Origin: a virus | Strand: one strand, 5' to 3' | DNA: 64,000 nucleotides | IMG/VR virus record: IMGVR_UViG_3300019889_000008 | Span: 1-64,000 of that record | Shown here: positions 10,405 through 19,301 of the stretch, one piece after another | Layout of the letters: each line of letters opens with the position of its first letter | Position numbering within the stretch: position 1 is the first letter of the stretch | Position numbers and translations under genes: made by a program | Notes under the pieces: model-generated | What the model was told of the DNA's origin: nothing | What the model saw: the letters and a program-made list of their open reading frames with translations, nothing else | Databases searched by the model: none

Positions 10405-12047
10405 TCACGGTGGTGATCGGTCCGCCGACCGCGGGGAAGTCGACCTACGTGGCCGAGCACGCCAGGACCGGCGACGTGATCGTCGACTATGACGCCATCG
10501 CCAAGGCGCTCGGCTTCGCGGCCGACCATGATGTCGAGGGCTCGATCCGGCTGGTGACCCGATCCGCGCGGGTCGGCGCCATCAATCGAATTGTCGACGG
10601 CCTCGACGACGACGCTTGGATCATCGCCACGAAGCCGAAGCCGTTCCGGCTCCTTGCCTACGCCAAGGCCGGGGCGGAGTTCGTGATCGTCGACCCCGGC
10701 AGGGAGGAGTGTCTCCGCCGGGCCAAGCTCCAGAGCCGGCCGCCGGGCGTCTTCGCGGCGATCAATGACTGGTACGACGATCCGCCCGTGTTGCCGGGAG
10801 CGGATGGAGGGCCGAAGGCGATGCTCGGAAAAACTGCCGGCGTGGCCGACATGGCCGATGCTGTCTATGACGCGGTCGAGGTCTATGTCGAACGCCAGAT
10901 GCGCCCGATGCGGGGGCTGGCCACCACGAACCGGCAAGACATCGAAGCCTGCACGGCGATGCTGTGCGTGATGGAGACCGAGGTCAAGGATCTGCGCTCG
11001 GTCAATGGCGACCTTGTCGAGCGGCTTGTCGACCTGACAGAACGGCTGTCCATCCTGGAGGCCAGAGAGGCCATTGCCGGCCCGCAGGGGCCCGCTGGGG
11101 CCGATGGGGCGCCTGGAGTGGCCGGTGCCAGGGGCGAACCCGGCGAGGCTGGCCCAGCCGGCCCCCAGGGGCCTCCGGGCCAAGACGGCGTGGCCGGCCT
11201 GGCGGGCGAGTCCGGCCCGAAGGGCGAACCCGGCGAGATGGGCCCCGAGGGGCCGCAGGGTCCGGCTGGCCAAGACGGCCTGGCCGGCGCCGATGGCGCG
11301 CCCGGCGAGATGGGTCCGGCTGGGCCCCAAGGTGACATGGGCCCGGAAGGGCCTGCTGGCCGCGATGGTCTAAACGGGGCGCCCGGCGCCGATGGCGCGC
11401 CCGGCGAGGCGGGTCCGGCTGGCCCGCAAGGGGATATTGGCCCGGCTGGCCCCGCGGGCCTGGACGGGGCCTCTGGCGCCCCTGGCGAGGCCGGGGAGCC
11501 GGGTCCGGCTGGTGCCCAGGGCGAACGGGGCCTGGAGGGGCTACCGGGCGCCCCTGGCCGCGACGGGCGCGATGGCATGGCCGGTGCCCAGGGCGAACGG
11601 GGTCTGCCCGGTCCGCAGGGCGAGGCCGGCCCAGTTGGGCTGCGGGGCGACCGCGGCGAGAAGGGCGACCCCGGCCGCGATGGTGCCAGCGTCGCCGACA
11701 TGGACTTCTCCTCGCCGGATGGCGGCCGGACGTTCGTCTTCAGCATCGAGGGCGGCGATACCGTCCTCACCAACGAAGTCCAGACCCGGAACACGATCTG
11801 GCAGGGCGTCTATCACGAGGGCGAAACCTACCAGCCCGGCGACCTTGTCACTCTCGGCGGCTCCATGTGGCACTGCAACCTGGAGACCACCGAGCGCCCC
11901 GGCGAGGCCAAGGCCGCCTGGACGCTCTGCGTCAAGCGCGGACGCGACGGCAAGGACGGCAAGGACGGCGACCGCGGCGAGCGCGGGCCCGAGGGCAAGG
12001 CCGGTCGTGACCTGACCCAGATCGCTCCAGATGGGACGCGCTACTGA
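10401..12047 (+). CDS. P-loop NTPase-like domain fused to collagen-like head fibre
   Basis: N-term GPPTAGKST; long Gly-X-Y tract about 11080-11685; C-term [21 protein letters not shown]; internal GGAGG+ATG at 10821. Confidence 0.8.
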   Translation: MITVVIGPPTAGKSTYVAEHARTGDVIVDYDAIAKALGFAADHDVEGSIRLVTRSARVGAINRIVDGLDDDAWIIATKPKPFRLLAYAKAGAEFVIVDPGREECLRRAKLQSRPPGVFAAINDWYDDPPVLPGADGGPKAMLGKTAGVADMADAVYDAVEVYVERQMRPMRGLATTNRQDIEACTAMLCVMETEVKDLRSVNGDLVERLVDLTERLSILEAREAIAGPQGPAGADGAPGVAGARGEPGEAGPAGPQGPPGQDGVAGLAGESGPKGEPGEMGPEGPQGPAGQDGLAGADGAPGEMGPAGPQGDMGPEGPAGRDGLNGAPGADGAPGEAGPAGPQGDIGPAGPAGLDGASGAPGEAGEPGPAGAQGERGLEGLPGAPGRDGRDGMAGAQGERGLPGPQGEAGPVGLRGDRGEKGDPGRDGASVADMDFSSPDGGRTFVFSIEGGDTVLTNEVQTRNTIWQGVYHEGETYQPGDLVTLGGSMWHCNLETTERPGEAKAAWTLCVKRGRDGKDGKDGDRGERGPEGKAGRDLTQIAPDGTRY

Positions 12048-12349
12048 TGGCCACCACCCCGCTCGTGACCTTGGAGATGGTGCGCGCTCGGCTCCGGATT
12101 GATGCGACCGACGACCAAGAGGACGTCGAGCGTCTCATGGCCGAGGGCACCCGCATCATCCTCGGCTATCTGAAGCCGCAGCCGGCGGGCACTGCCCTCG
12201 ACCGCGGCTGGACGATCAGCACCGTGCCCGAGCACATCCAGACCGCGATCCTGCTCGTGATCCGGGCGCTCTACGATGGCGAGGACAACGTGCTGTCGCA
12301 GTCGGTGCTCGACGTCCTCCATCGAGACCGGGACCCGGCGCTCGCATGA
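12047..12349 (+). CDS. head-tail connector (gp6-like)
   Basis: VTLEMVRARLRID, VPEHIQTAILL, RDPALA. Confidence 0.85.
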   Translation: MATTPLVTLEMVRARLRIDATDDQEDVERLMAEGTRIILGYLKPQPAGTALDRGWTISTVPEHIQTAILLVIRALYDGEDNVLSQSVLDVLHRDRDPALA

Positions 12350-12693
12350 GCCGGCAGCCGCTCCGGGCCCGGCGGCTCCGGACCCGTCTCCAGTTCTATC
12401 GTCCGATCGAGAACGTCAGCCCGACCGGCAATGTCGATCTCGGTTGGGTGTTGCACGTGGAACGTTGGGCCGAGATCGCGGAGATGAAAGGGCGGGAGCA
12501 ACTGGAGGCCGGTCGCCTGGAGGCACAGGTGCCGGCGACGGTCCGCGTCCGGTACGACAGCGAGACGGTGCAGATCGACGCCTCCTTCCGGGCCGGTCCG
12601 ACCGGGCCCGACCTTGCGGTCGTGTCGGTCGCGCAGCCGGACCAGATGCGCCGAATGATCGAGATCGTCCTGCTCACGGGGAAGCCCGGCTAG
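12346..12693 (+). CDS. head closure / head-tail adaptor
   Basis: LRTRLQF, WAEI, GRE, VRVRY; position. Confidence 0.82.
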   Translation: MSRQPLRARRLRTRLQFYRPIENVSPTGNVDLGWVLHVERWAEIAEMKGREQLEAGRLEAQVPATVRVRYDSETVQIDASFRAGPTGPDLAVVSVAQPDQMRRMIEIVLLTGKPG

Positions 12694-12697
12694 ACCC

Positions 12698-13162
12698 GTG
12701 GGCACGTTCAAGGTCGATGGCATGGCCAAGCTCGATCAGAAGCTTCGGGAGATGCCCGAGGCTGTCCGAGCGGCGATGTCGGAGGCCATCTCCGATGGGA
12801 TGGATGATCTCACCAACTACCAGCGCCGGCTCGCCCATCGGGTTTGGCGCACGGGCGAGTTGGAACGAAGCATCGGCTGGGGCTGGGTCACGCCGGGCCA
12901 AGCCGGGCTGGAGGGGCTGAAGAAGTTCCGGGCCGTCAACCTCGCGGCCAAGGGGGCGCTCCAACTGGCCGCCAAGGCATATGCCGGCCGGGTCGACGGG
13001 CACGAAGCCTACTACGCCAAGTTCGTTGAGTTCGGCACACGCTTCATGCCGCCGCGGCCCTTCTTCTATCCGGCCTATCGGATCAAGAAGAAGGAGATCA
13101 AGCGCAACATCTCGCTCGCGGCGCGCCGGGCCATCAAGCAGATCGCGAAGGCTGCCGCATGA
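12698..13162 (+). CDS. HK97 gp10-like neck protein
   Basis: TGELERSI, YYAKFVEFGT, PRPFFYPAY. Confidence 0.88.
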   Translation: MGTFKVDGMAKLDQKLREMPEAVRAAMSEAISDGMDDLTNYQRRLAHRVWRTGELERSIGWGWVTPGQAGLEGLKKFRAVNLAAKGALQLAAKAYAGRVDGHEAYYAKFVEFGTRFMPPRPFFYPAYRIKKKEIKRNISLAARRAIKQIAKAAA

Positions 13163-13575
13163 GCCCAGATGCCTCGAACGAACTGCTGGAGGCGGTGCGT
13201 GACCGGCTGCTCGCCGACCCGGCGGTGACCGCCATAGTCGGGACCCGTATCTTTGATCGGCCGGACATGGGCGTCGCCTTCCCCTGGCTCCAGATCGGGG
13301 AGACGCAACTCCTCCCGTTCGAGGCGCACTGCGTCACCGGGACGAGCATCTTCTTCACGCTCCATGGCTGGGGTCGGGACGGTCACGCTGGCGACGCCAT
13401 GCGGGCGCTCGGCGCCGCCGTCTACGGCAGCCTCCATGCCCAGCGCTTCGCCCTGCCGGCGCCCTACGCGCTTCAGACCCTCGAACATCAGAACACGCAG
13501 GTTCTGCGCGATCCGGACGGCACGACCCGCCATCTGGTGACCGAGTACCGCGCCGACACCACGGCCGACATCTAA
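13159..13575 (+). CDS. tail terminator (DUF3168-like)
   Basis: LLADPAVTAIVGTRIFD, FPWLQIG, RDPDGTTRH. Confidence 0.85.
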   Translation: MSPDASNELLEAVRDRLLADPAVTAIVGTRIFDRPDMGVAFPWLQIGETQLLPFEAHCVTGTSIFFTLHGWGRDGHAGDAMRALGAAVYGSLHAQRFALPAPYALQTLEHQNTQVLRDPDGTTRHLVTEYRADTTADI

Positions 13576-13656
13576 CCGGCCTGCCCCGACCCGGCCCTTG
13601 GGCAAGGCTGACCGGCCCGCAGCGATGCGCGCCATTCCCATGATGGAGCCCTTGCC

Positions 13657-14109
13657 ATGGCCCAGCCCGAACTCGTCGGTGCGAGGGAACTGCTGCTGTA
13701 CTTCGAAGATCCCGATACCCCCGACGCTTGGCTCTTCGCCTGCGGCATCAACTCCCGAGCCCTCAACGGCACCCTCAACAACACGGAAACGCCGACCGCG
13801 GATTGCGATGACCCCACGGCGATGCCCGTCCGGCGAGTGACGGCCAACTATTTTGCCGAGGACATCTCGGGCACCGGGATGCTGGCGATGGAGCGCTTCG
13901 ACGACTTCGAGGAGATCTACCAGTCGGCAATCTCGCACCGCTGGCGGATCGGGCTCCTGAACAGGGGCTATTGGCAGGGCCCGTTCCTGATGACCAGCCG
14001 CAACGTGGGTGGCGAGCAGGAAGGGTACGTCACCCTTGAGATCGCCCTCACGAGCGATGGCCCGGTCCCGTACACGGCCGATCCCACCTTCCCCGGAGTG
14101 ACCACCTGA
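13657..14109 (+). CDS. major tail tube protein (GTA-like)
   Basis: CGINSRAL, DCDDP, ISGTG, WQGPF, LTSDG. Confidence 0.85.
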   Translation: MAQPELVGARELLLYFEDPDTPDAWLFACGINSRALNGTLNNTETPTADCDDPTAMPVRRVTANYFAEDISGTGMLAMERFDDFEEIYQSAISHRWRIGLLNRGYWQGPFLMTSRNVGGEQEGYVTLEIALTSDGPVPYTADPTFPGVTT

Positions 14110-14540
14110 TGACCTGGACAGCCCTGATCGAGGTGCCGTTCGCCGATGAACTGCACCGCTTCCGCCTTGGCCTCGGCCAACTGGAAGATCTGGAGACCCG
14201 GTTCCGGGTCGGCACGATCGAATGGGTCGAGCGGTTCCGCGCGAACCAATGGCGCATCGGCGAGATGCGTGCCGTGCTGATCACCGCGCTCGTCGGCGGC
14301 GGCATGGACGCGGCCCAAGCCAAGGAGGTCGTCGACCGCTGCATGATGGCGTGGCCGATGGTCAAGAACGTCAAACTGTTCTGGCTGATCGTCAACGCCG
14401 CAATCCTGGAACCGCCGAGCGGCCTGTCCGCGGGAAAAGATCAAGCGGACGAGGAGGAGGAGGAGATGGTCTCAGCCTCGCCCGCCTTCTCGGCCTCGGC
14501 GGAGCCCTCGGTTACACGGCGGAAGAAGTCTGGCGCATGA
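14109..14540 (+). CDS. tail assembly chaperone (G-like, GTA gp10 family)
   Basis: FRLGLGQLEDLE..LVGGGM; between tail tube and tape measure. Confidence 0.85.
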   Translation: MTWTALIEVPFADELHRFRLGLGQLEDLETRFRVGTIEWVERFRANQWRIGEMRAVLITALVGGGMDAAQAKEVVDRCMMAWPMVKNVKLFWLIVNAAILEPPSGLSAGKDQADEEEEEMVSASPAFSASAEPSVTRRKKSGA

Positions 14541-14665
14541 GCCTGTGGGAGTTGACCGCTCTCGTGGACGGGTTCAACGCCGCTCATGGCAGCGATGGCG
14601 ATAAGCCGGAAGGCATGACGGTGGAACGGTTGAAGCAGATCAACCCGCCGAAGACGCTTCACTGA
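14432..14665 (+). CDS. -1 frameshift extension (GT-like) of tail chaperone; slippery site G GGA AAA at 14432-14438
   Basis: In-frame X XXY YYZ heptamer; -1 frame encodes LGYTAEEVWRMSLWELTALVDGF typical of T domains. Confidence 0.85.
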   Translation, partial: GKRSSGRGGGGDGLSLARLLGLGGALGYTAEEVWRMSLWELTALVDGFNAAHGSDGDKPEGMTVERLKQINPPKTLH

Positions 14666-15044
14666 GCGAGCGCTTCAATTCTTGGGCCCGCGCCTCGTCG
14701 CTTTCCACCTTCGCGGGGTCGCAAGGGCCAGCGGACCGGGCGTTGAAGCGGTCGAAGTAGGCATCGACGATTTGCTTCACCGCTTCACGTGAAAGGCCTG
14801 CCTCTTCGGCAAGGCCGGGCAGCGCAAGGCCGTGTCCGACGATGGCGTTGCTGGCCTTGTAGCGCTCGGCCGCGTCGTCCTTGAGGCAAAAGATCCTGCC
14901 GCCATCGGCGTCGCCCTGGGCTCGTGCCATCTCGACAAACGCTTCAGCCGGGCTCGGCTTGCCCGATCCGAAATCGTGGACGTTGGCGCCGACCACTCCG
15001 CCCATCAGGGCGGCGATCACAATCATCGGGATGTAATGGCTCAC
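14640..15044 (-). CDS. antisense moron-like secreted/membrane protein
   Basis: GTG start after CCCGGAGA leader; hydrophobic N-term; inserted between chaperone and tape measure. Confidence 0.6.
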   Translation of the reverse strand: MSHYIPMIVIAALMGGVVGANVHDFGSGKPSPAEAFVEMARAQGDADGGRIFCLKDDAAERYKASNAIVGHGLALPGLAEEAGLSREAVKQIVDAYFDRFNARSAGPCDPAKVESDEARAQELKRSLSEASSAG

Positions 15045-15098
15045 TGAAATCTCCGGGTTTCTGAGTCGTTCCCGCACGCATACCATGAGGCGGGTTTT

Positions 15099-17621
15099 AT
15101 GGCAAATACAGAGCTTGAGACCCTGCTAGTCACGGTCGAGGCCGATCTCCGCCGCTATTCCAAGCAGATGCAGCAACTCGGTCAGATGACCGATGGCGGA
15201 TTCAAGAAGGCCAGCAAGGCGGCCAACGATGCGTTCGGGAACATCGAGACCCGATCGGTACGGGCCGGCGCCGCCGCCACACGGGCGATGCAGGACGCCC
15301 AACGCTCCTCGCGCCAATTTGGTCAACAACTTCAAAACGTTGGCTACCAAGTCGGTGACTTTTTTGTGCAGTTGGAGGGCGGCCAGGGGGTCGTAAGAGC
15401 CCTCACGCAACAAGGGTCGCAAGTGCTCGGCGCCTTCGGCCCGTGGGGCGCCATCCTCGGCGCCGCCGCTGGTGCGGCAGGCGCCCTGGGCACGGCGCTC
15501 CTGGGCATGGGCGAAGAGGCGAACAAGGCTGCGGCGGCAACCGACTCGTTCAAGGTCGCCCAAACTGCGCTCGGCGGGGTCCTGACCGAAACCCAGGGAA
15601 AAGTCTCCGACACGAAAGACGCTCTGAGCCTCCTCCAGCTCGGATATGCCAGCCTGGCCAAGCTGGCCCTGAGCGACGCGATCAAGAAGAACAACGAGGC
15701 CATCGCCGAGAGCTTCAACGAGATCAAGGATGCCGGCGACTGGGAGTGGGTCGTTACGGTCCTCGACCAATACGATGCAGCCGCGAAACGTGCCGGGCAG
15801 ACCTTTGCCGAAAAGTTCGGGCCGGGGCTGGACAGGTTCCGGCAGTCGCTCGACGAACTCGGCAAGACGGCGACGCCGACGCTCGCGCAGATCGAAGCTT
15901 TCATCGACGAATTGATGGCCCTCCAGGGGACCGTGCCGGGCGCCGAACAGCGCATCCGCGGCCTCCTCGAAGCCGTCGCGCCGCTGATCATGAAGCTGAA
16001 GGATCAAGCGGACCGCACCCGCGCGCTCAACGAGTTGAACGAGGCGTTCGCGCGAAGCGGCGGCAAGGCTACTACCGCTCTTCAGGTACTCGGCTTCGGC
16101 TTCGTGAGCGCCACCACGCAGGCGGCCGATTTCGGCAATGCCGTCCGTGGCGCTGTCGGAGCGATGGACACGCTGTCCAACATGAAGCCGACGTTCCCGA
16201 TGGTCGAGGGCACCGGCAACTTGAGCTTCGGCGGCAAGCCGCGCGGAGTCCAGGGCTTCGGGACGACCGGCCAGACCTTCGGCAAGCTGGACCCGTCGTC
16301 GCTGCTGTCGGAGCCCGCCTGGGTCGACAGCGACGAGATCAATAAGGCGATCAAGCCGCTCAACGTGATGGGGCTCGGCTTCGCCAAGGTCGTCCCCGAG
16401 GCGGTGGAATTCACGGAGTCGCTCAACGGCGCCAGGGGCGCGATCGTTGACCTGTCCAAGGCGCCCAAGACGTTCGCCTTGGGAGGGCAGGGTCTGGCCT
16501 TCGGCGGCGCCATGGCCGATCGTCCCGACCTGTTCGGTGGCACCTTCGGCCAAGACAACCCGGCGTTTTTGGAGTCCAGCAAGTTCTCCGATTACGAAGG
16601 CGGGGTCATCAAGGAGAAGAAGCCGAAAGCCGAAAAGGCCGAGAAGCGGACGCCAGAGGATCGCGCCGAGGACCGGACCCAGGCCCTTAAGGACGAGATC
16701 GCCTACAACGAGCAATTGGCGGCCGTCTACGGCCAAGGAATCGAGGCCCGTAACCGCGTCACGGCCTCGTATGAGGCGCTCAAGGAGGCCCGCAAGACCG
16801 GCCTGGCCGAGGGCTCCAAGGAATTCCAGCAGTTCGTCGACACGCAGACCGCGCAGAACGTGGTCAACCTCGGGCTGGAGCATCGTCTCGACCTGATGAA
16901 GCAAGGTCAGACGCTCACCGAATCCGTGATGACGGATCAAGAGCGACTGAACAAGTTGCTCGCTGAATACAAGGCGATGCTCGACGCGGGCGCGATCGGG
17001 AATGAGGTCTACAAGCGGGCCGTCGAGACTGCCACGAACCAAAATCAAGATCTGATCAGCGCCATCGAAGGCGTCGGCGGCGCGATCGAGTCCGGCATCC
17101 AGGACGCCGAAAGCTTCGCCGATGCGCTGGAAAAGATCGGCCTCCAGCTGCTCCAACTCGTCGGCCAAGGGCTGTTCGGCCAAGGCCCGCTCGGCGGCAT
17201 CATCAACGGCCTCCTCGGCGTCGCGGGTGGCGGCATCCTCGGCACTCCGGCCGGCGCGATCGGCGGCGGCGGGGCGACCGCGGGCGCTACCGTGGGGGGT
17301 TTGTCCGCCGGGCTCGGAACCGGGTTCCGGCGCTCCTTCGCTGCCGGCGGCATGGGCGGGCCGGGCCCAATCCTGACCGGCGAGCAGGGCCCGGAGATCG
17401 TCAACATGCCGGCCCGCGGCTACGTCACCCCGGCCAGCGCCACGCGGCGGCTCTTGGCGCCGGCCAGCAAGGCCCAGCCCATGCACATCACGGTCAGCGG
17501 CGCCAAGGGCAATCAGGAGATCATGCGGATGATCTCGGTCGGGGTGGCCGAAGGGGTGCGCCAGTCCGGCAAGAACGTGCCGGGCATCCAGAACAATTAC
17601 AATCTGCGGTTCGCACCGTGA
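15099..17621 (+). CDS. tape measure protein
   Basis: LLVTVEAD, NVGYQVGDFFVQL..QQGSQ, Ala/Gly-rich helices, C-term GEQGPE. Confidence 0.92.
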   Translation: MANTELETLLVTVEADLRRYSKQMQQLGQMTDGGFKKASKAANDAFGNIETRSVRAGAAATRAMQDAQRSSRQFGQQLQNVGYQVGDFFVQLEGGQGVVRALTQQGSQVLGAFGPWGAILGAAAGAAGALGTALLGMGEEANKAAAATDSFKVAQTALGGVLTETQGKVSDTKDALSLLQLGYASLAKLALSDAIKKNNEAIAESFNEIKDAGDWEWVVTVLDQYDAAAKRAGQTFAEKFGPGLDRFRQSLDELGKTATPTLAQIEAFIDELMALQGTVPGAEQRIRGLLEAVAPLIMKLKDQADRTRALNELNEAFARSGGKATTALQVLGFGFVSATTQAADFGNAVRGAVGAMDTLSNMKPTFPMVEGTGNLSFGGKPRGVQGFGTTGQTFGKLDPSSLLSEPAWVDSDEINKAIKPLNVMGLGFAKVVPEAVEFTESLNGARGAIVDLSKAPKTFALGGQGLAFGGAMADRPDLFGGTFGQDNPAFLESSKFSDYEGGVIKEKKPKAEKAEKRTPEDRAEDRTQALKDEIAYNEQLAAVYGQGIEARNRVTASYEALKEARKTGLAEGSKEFQQFVDTQTAQNVVNLGLEHRLDLMKQGQTLTESVMTDQERLNKLLAEYKAMLDAGAIGNEVYKRAVETATNQNQDLISAIEGVGGAIESGIQDAESFADALEKIGLQLLQLVGQGLFGQGPLGGIINGLLGVAGGGILGTPAGAIGGGGATAGATVGGLSAGLGTGFRRSFAAGGMGGPGPILTGEQGPEIVNMPARGYVTPASATRRLLAPASKAQPMHITVSGAKGNQEIMRMISVGVAEGVRQSGKNVPGIQNNYNLRFAP

Positions 17622-18286
17622 TGCTGCTGATCCCGTTCCCCAGCGTCTTGTCGCCAACGTTGCAGAACTGGTGGCTCGACGCGCGCTCCCGGTCCGGCGG
17701 CGAAACCGTCGCCGGGCGGGAGCAAGTCATCTCATCTGGGCTTCAGCGCTGGCGCGCGTCCATGAGTTTCCCTCTGTTCAACAGGGAAACGATCCTGGCC
17801 TTTCGGTCCTGGATTACGCAGATGGATGGACGTGCCAATCGGACGTTGATCGGTCCCTGCGATTGCTCCAACGGCAACCGCCTCGGCCCGTCCATCGGCG
17901 GCATCCCGCACAGCGATCAGACGATGCACAGCGACGGCGCCGGCTATGCCCAGGGCGCGGTCCCTGGAGAGGTGGCGGCGGCTGCGTCGGTTGGGAGCAA
18001 TCAAGTCCTGATCTACAACGGCTCGACCGAGATGCCGATCCAACTCGGGGCATTCATCGGTCTCGGCGACTATCTCTACGTGATCATCGCGGCGGTGCCG
18101 GGTTCCAACAACGAGACCCTTCTCACCTTGGCCCCCAAGCTTCGGGCGACTGTCCCGATCGATACGCCGATCGACTGGTGCCGCGCCCGCTGTCCGATGC
18201 GGCTCATGGCCGACGACAGCGGCTCTTACGATCTCAGCCTCGGGCGCTACGGCACCGCGACGCTCGACCTTGTCGAGGTGTGGTGA
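17618..18286 (+). CDS. distal tail protein
   Basis: Follows tape measure; PKLRA and LDLVEVW pattern. Confidence 0.7.
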   Translation: MMLLIPFPSVLSPTLQNWWLDARSRSGGETVAGREQVISSGLQRWRASMSFPLFNRETILAFRSWITQMDGRANRTLIGPCDCSNGNRLGPSIGGIPHSDQTMHSDGAGYAQGAVPGEVAAAASVGSNQVLIYNGSTEMPIQLGAFIGLGDYLYVIIAAVPGSNNETLLTLAPKLRATVPIDTPIDWCRARCPMRLMADDSGSYDLSLGRYGTATLDLVEVW

Positions 18287-18891
18287 TGCCATTGTTCCCG
18301 GATGCCGTGCGCGATCAGGCGCAGGGCCTGCACGTCGTTGCAGCGCTCTTCGTCACGTTCGATTTTCTCTCGGGCCCGGTGTTCGTTTGGGAAGGCGACG
18401 GGCCTCTCGATCGTGCTGGCGTCACTTGGCGCGGTCTGGGGTCTCGCGTCGACAACGACGGCAGCCCATTGCAATCGATTGATGGGCTGGAGCAGGCCGT
18501 CAACGGGGTGGCGCCACAGGTGACGCTCACCCTGTCCGGCGTCGACCAAACGGTGGTCGCCGCAGCCCGTGAGGATGTCGCCAACAACGAGATCGAAGGC
18601 CGCGACCTGACCATTCAGATCGGCTTCTTCGACGCCACGCAGCCAGGCTTGGTTCCCTTGGACGATCTTCTCGTCCTCGGCGTCTGGAGCATGCAGAAGC
18701 CCAACTTCACCGCCACTGGGCCGACAGTCAGGACGATCACGTTGCCTTGCGAGACCCTGTTCGCGCAACGCAGCCGGTCGCCGTTTGGCCTGCTGACCGA
18801 CCGTGATCAGCAGCGCCGTTTCCCAGGCGACCTTGGCTGCCAATTCCCGCCGTGGCTCGTCGACAGGGACGTTGCGTGGCCGCGCCACTAG
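18286..18891 (+). CDS. tail hub/baseplate protein
   Basis: WEGDG, WRGLG, LTLSGVD, TDRDQQRRFPGD. Confidence 0.75.
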   Translation: MPLFPDAVRDQAQGLHVVAALFVTFDFLSGPVFVWEGDGPLDRAGVTWRGLGSRVDNDGSPLQSIDGLEQAVNGVAPQVTLTLSGVDQTVVAAAREDVANNEIEGRDLTIQIGFFDATQPGLVPLDDLLVLGVWSMQKPNFTATGPTVRTITLPCETLFAQRSRSPFGLLTDRDQQRRFPGDLGCQFPPWLVDRDVAWPRH

Positions 18892-19301
18892 GCGCCTCCG
18901 GGCCGGCCTTCGACGCCGGCCTGGCCGACCATCTGGCCATCGGCAACGAGACCGCGTTCGAACTGGGCCGGTGCGATTGCTCGCTTTGGGTCGCCGACTG
19001 GGTTCGCAAGCGGGTCGGCGTCGACCTGGCGGCGGACTTCCGCGGCAAGTACCGCACCCGAACCGAGTACCTGCGGCTGCTGATCCCCATGGGCAACCTC
19101 GTGCGGTTGACCGCGCGGAGGCTGGAAACCATCGGCTCGGAGATCATCCCGGAAGCCGAGGCGCAGCCCGGCGACATCGGGATCGTGCCATCGACCGATG
19201 GCCCGGTGCTCGCGATCCGTGGCGATGGCGAGTGGCTCTGCAAGACCGACGACCGGCTGTTGGCCGCCCCACACGCGACGATCGCCTGGAGACTGCCGTA
19301 G
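18876..19301 (+). CDS. NlpC/P60-like tail assembly protein
   Basis: FELGRCDCSLWVADW, FRGKY, AQPGDIG. Confidence 0.8.
   Translation: MAAPLGASGPAFDAGLADHLAIGNETAFELGRCDCSLWVADWVRKRVGVDLAADFRGKYRTRTEYLRLLIPMGNLVRLTARRLETIGSEIIPEAEAQPGDIGIVPSTDGPVLAIRGDGEWLCKTDDRLLAAPHATIAWRLP

Noticed and set aside
11080-11690. DNA repeats as a mobile or regulatory array
   Set aside because: Explained by Gly-X-Y collagen coding
15049-15060. Recurring AACCCGGAGA motif (also about 47913 and 51083)
   Set aside because: Sits at Shine-Dalgarno distance from starts; best explained as RBS context
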